From assembly GCF_009834535.1 (NCBI RefSeq), contig NC_045696.1, positions 100,690,001-100,754,000 on the forward strand: DNA of 64,000 nt, written 5' to 3'. The position numbers and the translations under genes were made by a program. The notes beneath the pieces are model-generated. The model saw only the letters and a list, made by a program, of their open reading frames with translations, searched no databases and was not told the DNA's origin. How positions within the stretch are numbered: the first letter of the stretch is position 1; every line of letters begins with the position of its first letter. The DNA comes from Camelus ferus. Taxonomy: Eukaryota. Of this stretch, positions 1-12,147 are shown in pieces.

Positions 1-287
1 AGGTTTATTTTATGGTCATGCATATTTTTAAATTAAATTGTCTTTACTTGTGAATATCTTAGTAACAGCGGCAAAAACTAAATTGGCATTTAAAGTATAA
101 ATGAAATGGAGTTTGCATGAGAAAAGAGGGAAGCTAAATGTAATTCTAATAATTTAAGTACCACTAAAAGAGGATGATCTTGAAGTGACTTAATCCTCTG
201 AAATTAGAAATTACATTACAGTGTAAAACCAATTGTGTTTTACTGTATTTGCATCCAAGCTAATTTTAGAATTCTTTAGTCATAAAT

Positions 288-1250
288 GTTCATTCACTCA
301 CATTCATTTTTCCATGTGCTCAACAAATGTTTTGAGCACATATTATGTGCTAGAAAAAGTAAAGTGCACACACACACACACACACACATGCACAGTGTGT
401 ATATATATACACCCAGAAGCATAAGGAAGATTAAATGTGGGTGGAAAGGAAGCAGTGATCCTGTTGTAATTTGGACAAGTTTGGCCCCAAGATAAGGGTG
501 ACATTTGAGAAAACTTGAAAAGATGTGGAAATTGGCTGAGCAAATATCTGAGAGAAGAGCATTCCAGTCAGTGTAAATGTCCTAAGGTAGGAAGGTACCT
601 GGCTCTACCAAGAAGTAGCAAGCAGAACCTTGTGGACTGAGCAGAATGAGAAACTAAGGAAGTGTTAGCTTTTAGTCTTAGTAGAACTAGGAACTCCTGC
701 AGGGACGTGAACAGAAGAGAGTCATGATTTAATATACACGTTTAAGAAAATAGCTGAACAAGGATGGAAACAGTTAGGAGGACAGCAGTGGCCCAGGCAG
801 AGAAGACGGTAGTGGTGATGGAGAGAAGTGGTTAGATATATTTTGAAGGTACGGCCAACAGGGTTTTGGATGAATTGGATGTAGGGAGTGAGAAAAAGAA
901 GATCAAAAGTGTCCCTAAAGTTTTTGGTCTACGTAAATGAAAGAACAAGTTTCTCATCAAATGAAACAGGAAAAGCTGTGCTTGTAGCAGTTTGGGACGT
1001 GGGAAGATCAGGCAGTCAGCTCTGGACAAGTTGAGTTTTGATATTTGTTAGGGATCTGGGTGGAAACATCAAATAGAAAATTGGATATTCGGGTTTAAGG
1101 CGGGAAAGAAACTTCTTTGACAGAACTATAAATTCTGTATCACCCAGGTTATACTGATATTTAAAACCGAGAATGTGAATAAGGTCACCAAGTGAGTGAA
1201 CAGAGACAGAGAAGATGAACAGGGACTGACCCCCGGGTGACAGCAACTTT
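288..1250 (-). mobile_element. L2 LINE fragment (3' end plus RT remnant)
   Basis: L2 3'-terminal motif in reverse (ttcattcactcacattcatt...tttgagcacatattatgtgctag). Minus-strand ORF 1016..1342 contains SVHSLGDLIHILGFKYQYNLGD, a decayed match to L2 RT HSLGDLIxSHGFxYHLYADD. Confidence 0.85.
367..388. repeat. (CA)11 microsatellite
   Basis: Direct read. Confidence 0.95.
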
Positions 1251-2756
1251 GAGAACAAAATACAAATATTAATAATATATACATTTGAATATATCTTCCA
1301 AATACTGATTATTTTTACTTTTTCATTGTGCTCAAAATACATAATCCAGTAACAAATATATTTAAATTATATGTACAGTTTCATTATGTATTTCCTTGAT
1401 GTCTAGATAAAGTTTGGTGATGGTTTTCAACAGAAATAAATCAAATTAAAAACATGATTTTCCATTCTGCTTACTGGTTTTATTGGATATATGTGTCTGA
1501 AAGTAATATATTCTTTATTAATATTTTCAAAACAAGATGAGTCTATACAATGACACTTGCAAAAAGTCTAAAGTCTATTTTTAGATTGAAAAGAAAGTGA
1601 AAATATGAAATCAAAGATACATAATTATCTTTGGTAAGAAAACACGGTAAATGCATGTTCATCAAGCTAATTCTGTTTTGACTGGTGCATTTAATATTCA
1701 GTTATTTGTCTTTGCTGAAATTCTCTTAATTGCCAGTTTCCAAAATTTTGGTTGGCTCAAACATAAAATGGTAAAGGATTTACATCATCAGATATACCAT
1801 CTGCTTGCCATTATTTATTTTCCCCTAGATACTACATGTGGCATTTTCCATTATATGATACATGCTTTCCAAATCCTAATTAAAAAATTCTGTTTTTAAC
1901 CTTTCTTTACAGTATGACATTATGATTATTTATATGTGATTAGAATTTTACCTGTAAGCACTGGAATCTCACTTAAATTTCTTTTAAAAATGATTCATCC
2001 CATGTTAAATTCAGATTTGTTTTGTGGCAGACACTTCAGATCAATGTGTTCAACACACATTGTGAAATTGTTACAAGTAATATTTATTTGTTTCCAGTAT
2101 TCTCCTGCAGTGCATGATTACACCCATCTATTTGCCTTATTTAAACATCCGAGAGTATACAAATTCATATGCAAAATGTGCAGTCCTTCCCAGTCATAGC
2201 CCTCTCCCTCCAACAGAGGTAACCAGTCTGATTTCTTTATTTCAGTTCTTTGCTTTTCCTACTTTTTTAAAAAATATAAATGATTGTTTTGTTAAACACA
2301 ACATTTATGTTGCTTATTTTAAAATTTATATCAGTGCTGTATAAATGGAAAACAGGACATGCCCATAATCTGAACATCTGTTAATAATTTGTCAATAATC
2401 TTATTCTGTCCTTTATTTTCCATATAATTTTTATTAGGCTTTTCAGTCCAGCATTTGTTTTCTCCCTATGCTAATCACTAAAATTCAAACATTCAGCCTT
2501 GACAAACTACAGATTCTGTTAACAGTTCACTAAAAAAGTCATTTCAGTGTAGAGAGGAAATATCTCCACTTTCCCTTTAGCTACAAGAAAAGGAAAAATT
2601 CAATTGTATAGTTAGCATTATATATGTATGTCTTTATAACGCTTCATACAGAGCAGTTTTACAAGCTAAGACCTGTAAAAATAACTCATAATTTTTGAGA
2701 ACTTTCTAATTTTAATTGGTCTCCTTATTTAATAATAACAACAGTATTGCAATTGA

Positions 2757-3150
2757 TGTATCGTTCAAGATCCAATTAGGAAACCCAGGAAAGTTTAAAA
2801 GAAATCTGTCAAGTATGTAAAGTAATCCTGGACTAGTGACAGTGGGATGCTATTACCACCCTGAGAACTAAAAAGGGAGAGAGAAGCTAGAGAGGAAGTG
2901 GTAGCTGTAAGTAGAATAGGAATTATGACCTTTGGTACAGAGCTTCATCATTAGCAACCTGTGTCTTGACAAGAAAAGAGTCATGACATTTAATACACTA
3001 ATTTTACTGTCCTCCCATTTTCCTATTCTGTGACAGTGCTTCTAAATGTTTTAACCTAATACAATTCAGGGATTAAAGTAGCCTATTAATTGTCATCCAG
3101 AGTTCAGTCTCCTGGAGAGGAGACTGGGAGAAGGTCTACCAAGAGGAGTA
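2757..3150 (-). mobile_element. old ERVL LTR (LTR33-like)
   Basis: Resembles recalled LTR33 consensus (tgtatcgttcaagatccaattaggaaac...gctattaccaccctgag...cagtgcttct). Highly diverged. Confidence 0.5.
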
Positions 3151-3329
3151 AAATGAGACACTCTGAGAAAATTGGTAATATTGGTTATTCAAAGATACAA
3201 ATTTTATGAATTTTCTATATTAAATTCTAGCAATTTCTTTAGCCAAATTCTCAAGCTCCATAGGTACATTTCTATATTCCAAGTTACATCGGCAGCAGTT
3301 TTAACACTTCTTCCAACACTATATAAAAC

Positions 3330-3990
3330 AGGTTGTTATTTTTCCAGCCTGATATAGCAGTTTCATTGCCACTTTTCCAAGTTCTACAATTTCCTAGGTG
3401 TTTTGCCAGAACTTCACCAACACCCAGACTAAAAATGAATGCAACAGGTTTTAGATTTTTGTTACAGCAGCACCCCTTTTCTAGATAATAGTTAATGCAT
3501 CAGCTAGATTTTGCTGCATAACAACAACAACAAAATCTTAAACTTGTATCTTGAAAATCTTTTTTGGCTTAATAAACATATTGACTTAAAAAGCTAATTA
3601 TTTCATTTAGCTCATGATTCTTTTAGTGCCTAGGTGTAGTTGTTCTGGTCTGAGGGAGTTCAAATGGATTTCTATTGGACTCTCTCATGTGCCTATAAAT
3701 AGCCAGTAGGCAAGATGATCTGAAATAGGCTCCCTCATGTCTCTGGAAGTTAGCAAATTGTGACACATGGGGCTCACTGCACTTCCATGTGTCTCTTCAT
3801 CATCCAGTGCACTATTATAGTCCAAAGAATTCACTTATGGCTTCAAGTAAGGGAAAACTCCAATGTGTTAGTCGTTTCAAGTATCTGTTTGCATCACATT
3901 TCCCACCATCCCAGTGGTAAAATCAATCCCAGGCCAAGTCCAAATTCAAAGGATGAAGGGATAGACCTCATCTCCTAATGGAGAAGAAGC
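3330..3990 (-). mobile_element. MaLR: MLT1-int 5' stub plus MLT1(G/H-like) LTR
   Basis: Int/LTR junction motif ttttgttacagcagcacccc at ~3458-3477, followed by a typical MLT1 LTR in reverse (gctgcataacaac...ggccaagtccaaattcaaagg...atagacctcatctc). Confidence 0.7.
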
Positions 3991-4019
3991 CTCTGCTAGC
4001 TCACATCATATATGCCATC

Positions 4020-6190
4020 AAAATAGATATGCTGTTTTAAGCATTTGAAATTTTGGTGTTGTTACTGTACATACCCATCCTACCTATCCAATCTGATCTT
4101 GATATAGATAATGGTATAGTTATTGGAAGTGAGGTTGCCTTATCAAAAGCCTAAAATAGCTGGCATTATTTTAAGGACCAGGTGATGGACAATTAAGAAA
4201 TTGAATTCTGAGAATGGAAGACATTCTGTCATACAATGGCAAAAAATTTAATCATACTCTTCAGATATAACTTGGAAGCCAGATCATTTGCTTACTGAAC
4301 TTTCAGATCTTGGAGAAGGTATTATAGAACTGAATTATTATACTGTGTATTGATCACTATTGACTGGATTTGACCACATATTGCATAAAAATGAAGAGCT
4401 CAGAAAATAATTAGATTGTTTTCAAGACAAAAGTAAATGAGAAAATATGAAAAATTCAGGTTGTACAAATAATGAAGCAGGAAAATCCTTTTAACCCTTA
4501 CAGAAAGAGATAAAATCATGAAAATATGTGAGCAGCAAGGGCCTTTGAAATTCAGCCTTGAAGTCAAAATCTAGTTAGGCACGTAGCCTGCTTTCTTATT
4601 GCTAAAACTGCTCACCTGATTAGGGAAAATTCATCAGTATAATGGTATGGCAACGAGTCATACCTGTCAGTGCATAAAATGATTCAGGACATGGATCACA
4701 GTAGGGGTAAAGCTTTGCCGGAGAAGTCTGAAGTTTAATTTGAGAGAGAGGCATTTGGGAAAAAAGTAAAGAGAGACAGCAGACTCAAGAACTATTATTC
4801 AAAAATAACTGGCACATGGGATTGGCTAGATTCAAGTGGCTATGCGCAGAGACCGCAGTGCTGCTAAACAAACCATGGTTCTAGACCTGAAAACTGTTGT
4901 GACTCTTTGAAAGTAAACACCCTTGGGCCCCAGTCTTCTGAGTCCAAAGAGCCCTGTGAAAGCTGGGCATATTCCTCAATAGCCCCTGGGGATGAAGGCA
5001 GATGAAATACCTCTGTATTAGTCAACTCAGCTGCCATTAACAAGATACCACAGACTGGGTGGCTTAGCCAACAGAAGTTTATTTTCTCACAGCCCCGAGG
5101 TACAGAAGTTCAAGATGAAGGTTCTGGCCAATTTGTTTTCTGGTAAAGGCTCTCTCTGTAGCTTGCAGACTTGTCACCTTCTCATCCTGCCTTCACATGG
5201 CTTTTGCTCAGTACAGTGAGAGACCTAGAGTGAGCTCTCTGATGTCTCTTCTTGTAAGAACACTGATCCTATCAGATCAGGGCCCCATCTGTATGATTTC
5301 ATTTAACCTGAACTAGTCCTTAAAGGCCCCTTTCCAAACAGACTGACACTGGGAGTTAGGGCTTCAACATATGAATTTGGGGGATGCACAAAGATTCAGT
5401 CCCTTGCAGCCTCCAAGCCTGCAGGGTCAGGGACCATGGAGAAGCATGAACAAGAGTCTCTGCTAAGAGCAGAATCAATGCCTGATTAGGAAACATTCAT
5501 TACTCCCAGGAAAAGGGCCCTCACAATAACAACACTCGTAATTTCAGAAATGCTATCAATTGTTTTGTCCTTTCACCAGGAGGAATGTATTGCAATTTGG
5601 CTACCCCAGCTGCATCATTGTATAAAGTGTGCGAAAGGAAGGAAACTTGTTTTACCAGGTCCTCTGGACTAAGAGGAGACATTTTTAGAATGATGCAGGG
5701 AATACCACCCATCACTCAGAGACCACACACTTTGCACACAGTTTGTGTTTTGTTTCCTTAAGAAGGGTTTGATTTTGTTTCATTTAAGGAAAGAAGGGAG
5801 CAAAGGAAAACTTAGGAATGAGAAGGGGACATTAGGAAAGAAATCATGTACCAAATATTCCACCTCTTCTCTCACTTTCCCCAGCCCCTTACAGGGAGGC
5901 ATGGCCATGTGACTAGTTCTGGTCCATGATCTGTGTGTACAATAAATGTATGTCAGGGCAAGCACTGAAGTTCTCTTTGCTCCTGTTTTGGAAGACTGTG
6001 GGTTACTTGTGGTGTAACTATACGTCTCAGAGCCTTCAAAAGCCTGAGGATCAGAGTGCCTGTGTGGAACTGAGCCCCGCATCCATTCACGTGGAACAGT
6101 AATGGTGAGATGAAATGTTTACATGCCAAGTCACTGAGGCCCTGGGGTTATATAATACAAGAGTACAAACCTGCTTGGCCTGTCTAATGT
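4020..6190 (+). mobile_element. decayed MaLR provirus: 5' LTR end (~4020-4107), MLT1J-like internal region (~4108-5800), 3' MLT1J-like LTR (~5830-6190)
   Basis: LTR 3'-end motif tgttttaagca..gaaattttgg..gttactg is followed by the int start ggaagtgaggttgcc..aaaagcctaaaata. The 3' LTR has ggccatgtgactagttctgg and gtcactgagg..ggggtt. Confidence 0.65.
5014..5408 (-). mobile_element. MLT1A-type solo LTR nested in MLT1-int
   Basis: TG...CA termini. 5-bp TSD acctc (5009-5013) / gcctc (5409-5413). Typical tgtattagtc...ataccacagactgggtggctta...gggcttcaacatatgaatttggggg. Confidence 0.9.
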
Positions 6191-6698
6191 AACTGAGTTT
6201 ACGGAAAATTTTAAAAATGCATTTTCAAAATAAAAAAATCATGCAAACCATTTTTGCTTATTGCAGTGAAATAAAACTGGCAATTAACAGGAACAAAAAG
6301 CAAAAATTTAAATAACAGGACAGTTTTAAAAATCTACCCTAAAACTAAAAGAAATTAAACTAAGTCTTCAAATTAAACATAAATGAATTGAAGAAATAAG
6401 TGAAAATTATATATGGAAATATGTCAGATAGAAAGTAGCTATCAGAAGAAGTAAAAGGATTTAACAAATTTACTGGAAAACAATGTAATAGAAAACAAAT
6501 CAGTGAACAAGAAATTGATATATAATCTGGCAATTTATAATATATATATTTATACAACCAAAAATAATTTCAAAATACGGTGTTTAATCTCAGTTGTAAC
6601 CAGGAAATGCTAATTGACAAGAAATGTGATCTTTTTAGTTTATTTTATTAGCAAAAATGACAAAGATTTTCAGTGTTGGTAAGAGCATGAGGATATTA

Positions 6699-6882
6699 GA
6701 TAAACAAGATTACACTGTATAGTACAGGGAAATATACACAAAATGTTATGATAACTCACAGAGAAAAAAATGTGACAATGAGTGTGTATATGTCCATGAA
6801 TGACTGAAAAATTGTGCTGAACACTGGAATTTGACACAACATTGTAAAATGATTATAAATCAATAAAAAATGTTAAAAAAAA
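6699..6882 (+). mobile_element. young, severely 5'-truncated L1 (camelid-type 3' UTR plus poly-A)
   Basis: Perfect 18-bp flanking direct repeat aagagcatgaggatatta (6681-6698, 6883-6900). AATAAA at 6862-6867 and an A-tail. Confidence 0.92.
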
Positions 6883-6900
6883 AAGAGCATGAGGATATTA

Positions 6901-7070
6901 ATTCAGTAAACATTCACTGAGCCTGCTATATGCTGGTACTTGGGATACAGCAATAAAGAACACAGAAAAAAAATCCTCACCCTTATCAAGTTAATATAAT
7001 TATAATTATATTTTATAGTTTATTAGAAGTTGAAAAGTGTTATGAAGAGAAGTAATATGAGAAAGTAGGA
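6901..7070 (-). mobile_element. L2 3' end fragment
   Basis: attcagtaaacattcactgagcctgctatatgctgg...gggatacagcaataaa is the reverse of the L2 3' terminus. Confidence 0.65.
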
Positions 7071-8799
7071 GAAGGAATTACCAACAGCAAAATGACAAAT
7101 TATATTTTGATCAATCCGGGGGCAGTGTTGACAGTAGTTAACTGCTTTCGCCGTTCAGAGGAATTGCTGGCTGCCCAGGGCACCAGAGCAAGGTTTGAAG
7201 GCCTTCTGCTGGCCAACTGTTAGTCTTCTGGTTGCGGGATCATAGCGCTCCTTAGGAAGAGGCAAATTAGCTGGGGGGAGGTATGGTAACTAAGTGGTAG
7301 TTACTAAACAAGTATGCAGTTATTCCCTCATTTCAGGAACTAGTCTAATCATATCAGAACATACTGGTTTAATATCAGCTTAGTAGCGAACTTTAAAAAG
7401 ATCAAAGAAGATCTTTATGGTTGAGAAAGACTGCGATGCACACAAAAATAAACACATTGTTACTGTATTTATATCCTGAATATAACATACATACACAAAT
7501 GCACACATAAGCACAAACATATTTACACGTATATCTACATAGACTATACACGGAGAAGCAGGTAGACATACATTAGTACTTGTAAATGCATGCACAAAAC
7601 TGAAAACAGTTACTGATCCTAGGAGATAAATGTGAAATGAAATAAATATTGAAAGATAATTTTAATATGAATATGAAAGACAATTTCATTATAAGTCTTG
7701 CATTTTTATAAGGAAGGTGCAGTCATTTTTGTATCACTTGTATCATTGAAAATTAAAATCTTTCTTGCCTGAATTTAATATGCTGTTTCCCATGTTGAGA
7801 GGAAAAATGAATTAAGCAAATCCATAATTTAAAATCAAGCAAAATGCATACATATTTTCCTGATATTTTGTTACTAGAACCTCACAGACTACTCAGGGAA
7901 GGTAAAAGCGGCTGAATATCAATCTGTCGCCAAGTGGCTGCTTTAGCCACGTGTCAACGTCACTTCATTCCTGGTTGTTTTGTTTTCAATGCAGGTAGTG
8001 GATCTGCAGCTCATCAGACACAATGAACATCTGTTCTTTCAAGTGTACAGAATCCTGCAGAGATGCAAGGGCATTTTGCTGACAAATATTTCATGCACTA
8101 TATCTTAGATACCGTCTTGACTACAATATGATGAATTTTTCAGGGCACTTCTACATTTATCTCACTTTTCATTCCATAACCATCATTAACTGCTAAGAGC
8201 TCATATATGAGAGGCAAATGGAGATTTGAAAAAGAAAATAGATGACTTGGCCTTGTTAAGACAGATTCTGGTTTTGTGGTTGCAATTATTATCACTATTT
8301 CTATGCTTTTGTATTGGGGGATTTGCTGTGTGTGTTTGAAATAAAATACATGTATTCTGAGATACAGAAATAATAGATTTCAAAGTGATCACGAACATGT
8401 ACTGTGACATTCTTTTTCACCTAAACTTTCTGTGTATTGAATTTCTTTTTTCTTATCTGTAAAGTAGAAGCAAATGTCAAGCAAGAAAGGCCAGTCTTTA
8501 AAACCTTCTAGGATTTTATTGATAAAAACATTGAAGATCTTAGAGATTGACTTTATGCCTGGGGAAATGCAAGATCTTCGAGACAGGGCATGATTTGCTC
8601 ATCATTACATAATGAGTCTTTGGCAATGGGATAAGAACCCAGATCCAAACCTGTGTGTGCTAAATTTATCAATAAACTTCTTTTACAAAAATAAATTGAA
8701 TCCTTATGTGTCAAAGATCATGTTATGATAAAATTAAACAAAAGATATTAATTCCTCTAAGTATGTGAGCTGTAAATGCTATTCAGCAAAAATTAGTGG

Positions 8800-9115
8800 T
8801 CATTTCTCCTCTAAACAGAAGATTGCAATTCACTGCTCTTAAAGCTAGCTGTGCTTTGATGGAAAAAAAAAAAAAAAGTGGGTGAAAACATGCAATTTGC
8901 ATACTTCTGGCTGGAAATACTGAGCTTGGGCTCAGTTTATCACATGCATTCCTTCCTGCCTCAGCAAATGTGGAAACCCAAAGATGGAGCCTGTTTCGCC
9001 TGGACCCTTGGGTAAAGACAAATTAGAGTCTCAGCTGACCCTCCATGGACATTTCCCATGTGGGATAGTAATACTGGTTTTATCAGCCACTGTGGATGTG
9101 GGGTTGATTTAGCAT
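8800..9115 (+). mobile_element. MLT1J-like LTR
   Basis: Resembles recalled MLT1J (cacatgcattccttcctgcc...aagatggagcc...cagctgaccc..catggacat...agccactg..gatgtggggttg). Confidence 0.6.
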
Positions 9116-10326
9116 GTCACATGTATATGCTGTATACATACACGTAAGTTTGCTTCCTTCATACATCTGCCCTGGAAGATAGATGACTGAATATAAGATT
9201 TTAGGTGTAGATCTTACAATGCAGTGAACGTGTACAGGGTCAAGAGTCACTTCTTGTGATTTCTCTAGAAGTTGTCACAGATTCTCCTAACGTTATTTCG
9301 GCCTGTAGATTACTGGGCTCGAATGGCACATTTATCCATTGCACATCAAGTCCTTTTTGTTTTCATAACTGATATTTTTGTTAGTTTTGTTAGCAAACGT
9401 CAAGCAGAAATGGCTTATTTGAAACCATCTGGGATTTTATTGATTAGGAAAATGAAGAGCTAAGAAATTTCTTTTATTGATAAGAAAATTGAAGTTTTTT
9501 TAAAAGACTATCAGGAAAATAAGCTTTTGGGGTTATTACTTATGTGAAAATACTTTCACTTTGCCCTCAGATTTCACTGTTTTGGTCATATATGATTCTA
9601 GGATCAATGATAATCAAAACTTTGAAGAAGCAAAGAACTTTCTAGTTTGTCAGTCACTTCACTTCAACTATTATTAGTGAGACATTCTTGCAAATGTGGA
9701 GGAAAAGTTACTGCTATAATTATTGAAAAATTTAGCATTTTAAATCATTTCTGTATGATATCATGAGTATAGGTCTAGACATGTATTTAAAATAATTTTC
9801 TATCATACACTAGTGGACTGTCTAAATGTAAAGATTAATTTAAGTCAGATTCAGATACATTTTTAACTATTGTTTATAGTCCTAAATTCTGTTCTCTCTT
9901 GTTGATGCTCTCATTATACGGACGCTCAAACTTATGGCTTTGTGCTCAATATAACTTTTCTATTACATTTTATATCTCTTTTACTTATTGTTGAAACTTC
10001 TGGAAGATTTTTACACTTTAAATTGCAGATCACTTGTATATACATTCTCTTATCTAGACATGCTATTGAATTTTAACTATAGAAATTATGTTTTAATTTT
10101 TAATTATTTATTTTCTGATTGCTCTCCTTTTAGAGAAGTTAGTTAATTTTTTTTCTGAATATAACATGCTCTTGATTCTTGCTATAACATTTATTACATA
10201 GTGTTGTTTTTGTCCTCAGACTCAGATCCAGTTTTTGGCTGGACCAATTGTCCTCATTGTCCATAGTACATTTTTAAAATATTTACATTTCCAATTTTTT
10301 TGTCTTTTTTTCAACCAGTTTAAGAG

Positions 10327-10780
10327 TGTCAACCAAAAAAGAAAAAACAAAAACAAAAACACAACAAAACTCCCCCCGCCAAAACCAAACAAACAAAAAA
10401 CCCTCCAAAGACTATAAATAAGAAAAGAGTTTCTTTGGGGTCTGAAGAATTATAATTCAGGAGACACAGATTTGAGTAAAATCAAGAGAGTTCTGGGGAA
10501 GAAAAATAGGAACTTATAAAGGCAAAAGCCATGAAACTATACTCTGACACAAGAAAGGAAAAATTCGTCCTTAAGGGATGTCTGTCATGACTTATTGTAG
10601 GAAAAGGGCCCAAAAAGTATCTTGAGTTTTCTGGCAGATGTTCTGGATGACTTTGTTAGGGCAATTGAGTAGTCAAGGTTCAGATTCCATCCCTGCTGAG
10701 ACGTGCATGAGTCTCACTTCCTCCATGGCCTCCAGGCTTCAGGTTAGAGCAATACCAACTCCATTTTTATTTTCTTTCCA
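10327..10780 (-). mobile_element. ERV solo LTR (ERV1-like) inserted in old L1M sequence
   Basis: TG..CA termini with flanking repeat taagag (10321-10326 / 10781-10786; at least a 4-bp agag TSD). Minus strand starts TGGAAAGAAAATAAAAATGGAG and ends ..GGTTGACA. A-rich simple repeat at 10335-10400. Confidence 0.75.
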
Positions 10781-11187
10781 TAAGAGCAGCACTATGAGAA
10801 GTAGTATATTTTCCTTGTAGTTGTGCTAGTCTGTTTATTTTTCTGAATCAGCTGCCCCCGAGCTTTCTTTGAGCATGGTGGTCTGTCATGAGCAGACTGA
10901 AATAGGACGGTCCTATGTTGGAATGCTTTAGGGGGGTGTTACATTATTGAATGGAGGAATGTTTAGATTTTTTTTTTTTTTAATCTGTCTCCCCTATAGA
11001 GGTCTGCAGTAACACTTGATTATGTTCTGGTTTTCAGCCTTATGAGTTCCCCATGAAATGTTTTGCTGAGGTTAGAAAGTAATTCTCACAGCTTGAACCT
11101 GGAAGTAAATGCTGTTTTTTATACTGGAGGGAAGGGGTGGTTCCAGGCCCAGTCTTGGTAGGTGGCTCATTATTTATTTAACTATAG

Positions 11188-11475
11188 TAGCAATTCTCAA
11201 ACTCTTTGCTCTTGACTCATTTCTACATTTATTTATGTGAGTTATCTCTCCTAGTGTTTACCATATTAACAGTTAAACCCCAAAAACATTTAAAACCCAA
11301 GAATATACAAACATACATTCCATTAGCCTTCAGACCAATGATACCATTCTGTCATGTAGTCTCTGAGAAGTTTTCCACTACACATTGTGAGAGAACGAAA
11401 GTGAAAAAGACAATGATAATACTAAGAGTTTATATTATTGCAAAACAGCCCCGGACCACAGTTTGAAAACCATTA
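11188..11475 (-). mobile_element. non-autonomous hAT-Charlie (Charlie1-derived) DNA transposon
   Basis: Decayed terminal inverted repeats (TIRs) tagcaattctcaaac / gtttgaaaaccatta. Partial 8-bp TSD aactatag/aactctgt. Interior is homologous, inverted, to the Charlie1 5' end at ~25960-26200. Confidence 0.75.
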
Positions 11476-11789
11476 AACTCTGTTATTCAGTGGTTCAACT
11501 TGGGGAAATAATGCTCGGAAGTCATAGAACATTTTTTGCGTAATTTCTTTCCCTGTTGCGTTTGCTAGAATTTAGTCTGCTCTTTACAAGTTAGCACTGC
11601 GTGGTATGTGGAGACATAAGTTACCTCTCTCTATCCTGCTTTGCCTTAACCATGACCTAAAAGTAGATACACTGCTTATTCCTGCACCTTGCATCTGTTC
11701 ACTCTGAGCTTAGACTCCATTGGGAAAATGATGGTTAACTCTGCAGCAACCTTCTTTATTTGGGTTTGATTTTTCACTTCTCTACGTGT

Positions 11790-12147
11790 TCCAACCGTTG
11801 CATCCCATCTGCTTCGTGTTCCTTTGTAGTCAGCCTCTTTTTCTCATCCCCAGCCCCTGGCAACCACAGATCTGCCATCATTATTGTTTTGCCTTTTTTA
11901 GAACTTAAAAAAGATGCAGTCATATCGTGTGAAGTCGTTTGTGCTGGTTTCTCTCATTTAGCCTAGTGTCTGTGGGATTACGAATGCTGTGTGTGTGTGT
12001 GGGTAATTTGTTGCTGATTATTGCTTAGTAGTTGGATCCATTTTATTGCTTATTCGTAGACGTTTTGGTTGTTTATCAAGTTTTGCTATTCTGAATAAAG
12101 CTGTCATGAATATTTTGTACAAGTCTTAATGGTGACAGGTTTTCATT
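11790..12147 (-). mobile_element. old L1 (L1MB/ME) 3' UTR fragment
   Basis: cccagcccctggcaaccac...ttttgctattctgaataaagctg..atgaatatt..tgtacaagtc, typical reverse L1M 3' UTR. Confidence 0.75.
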
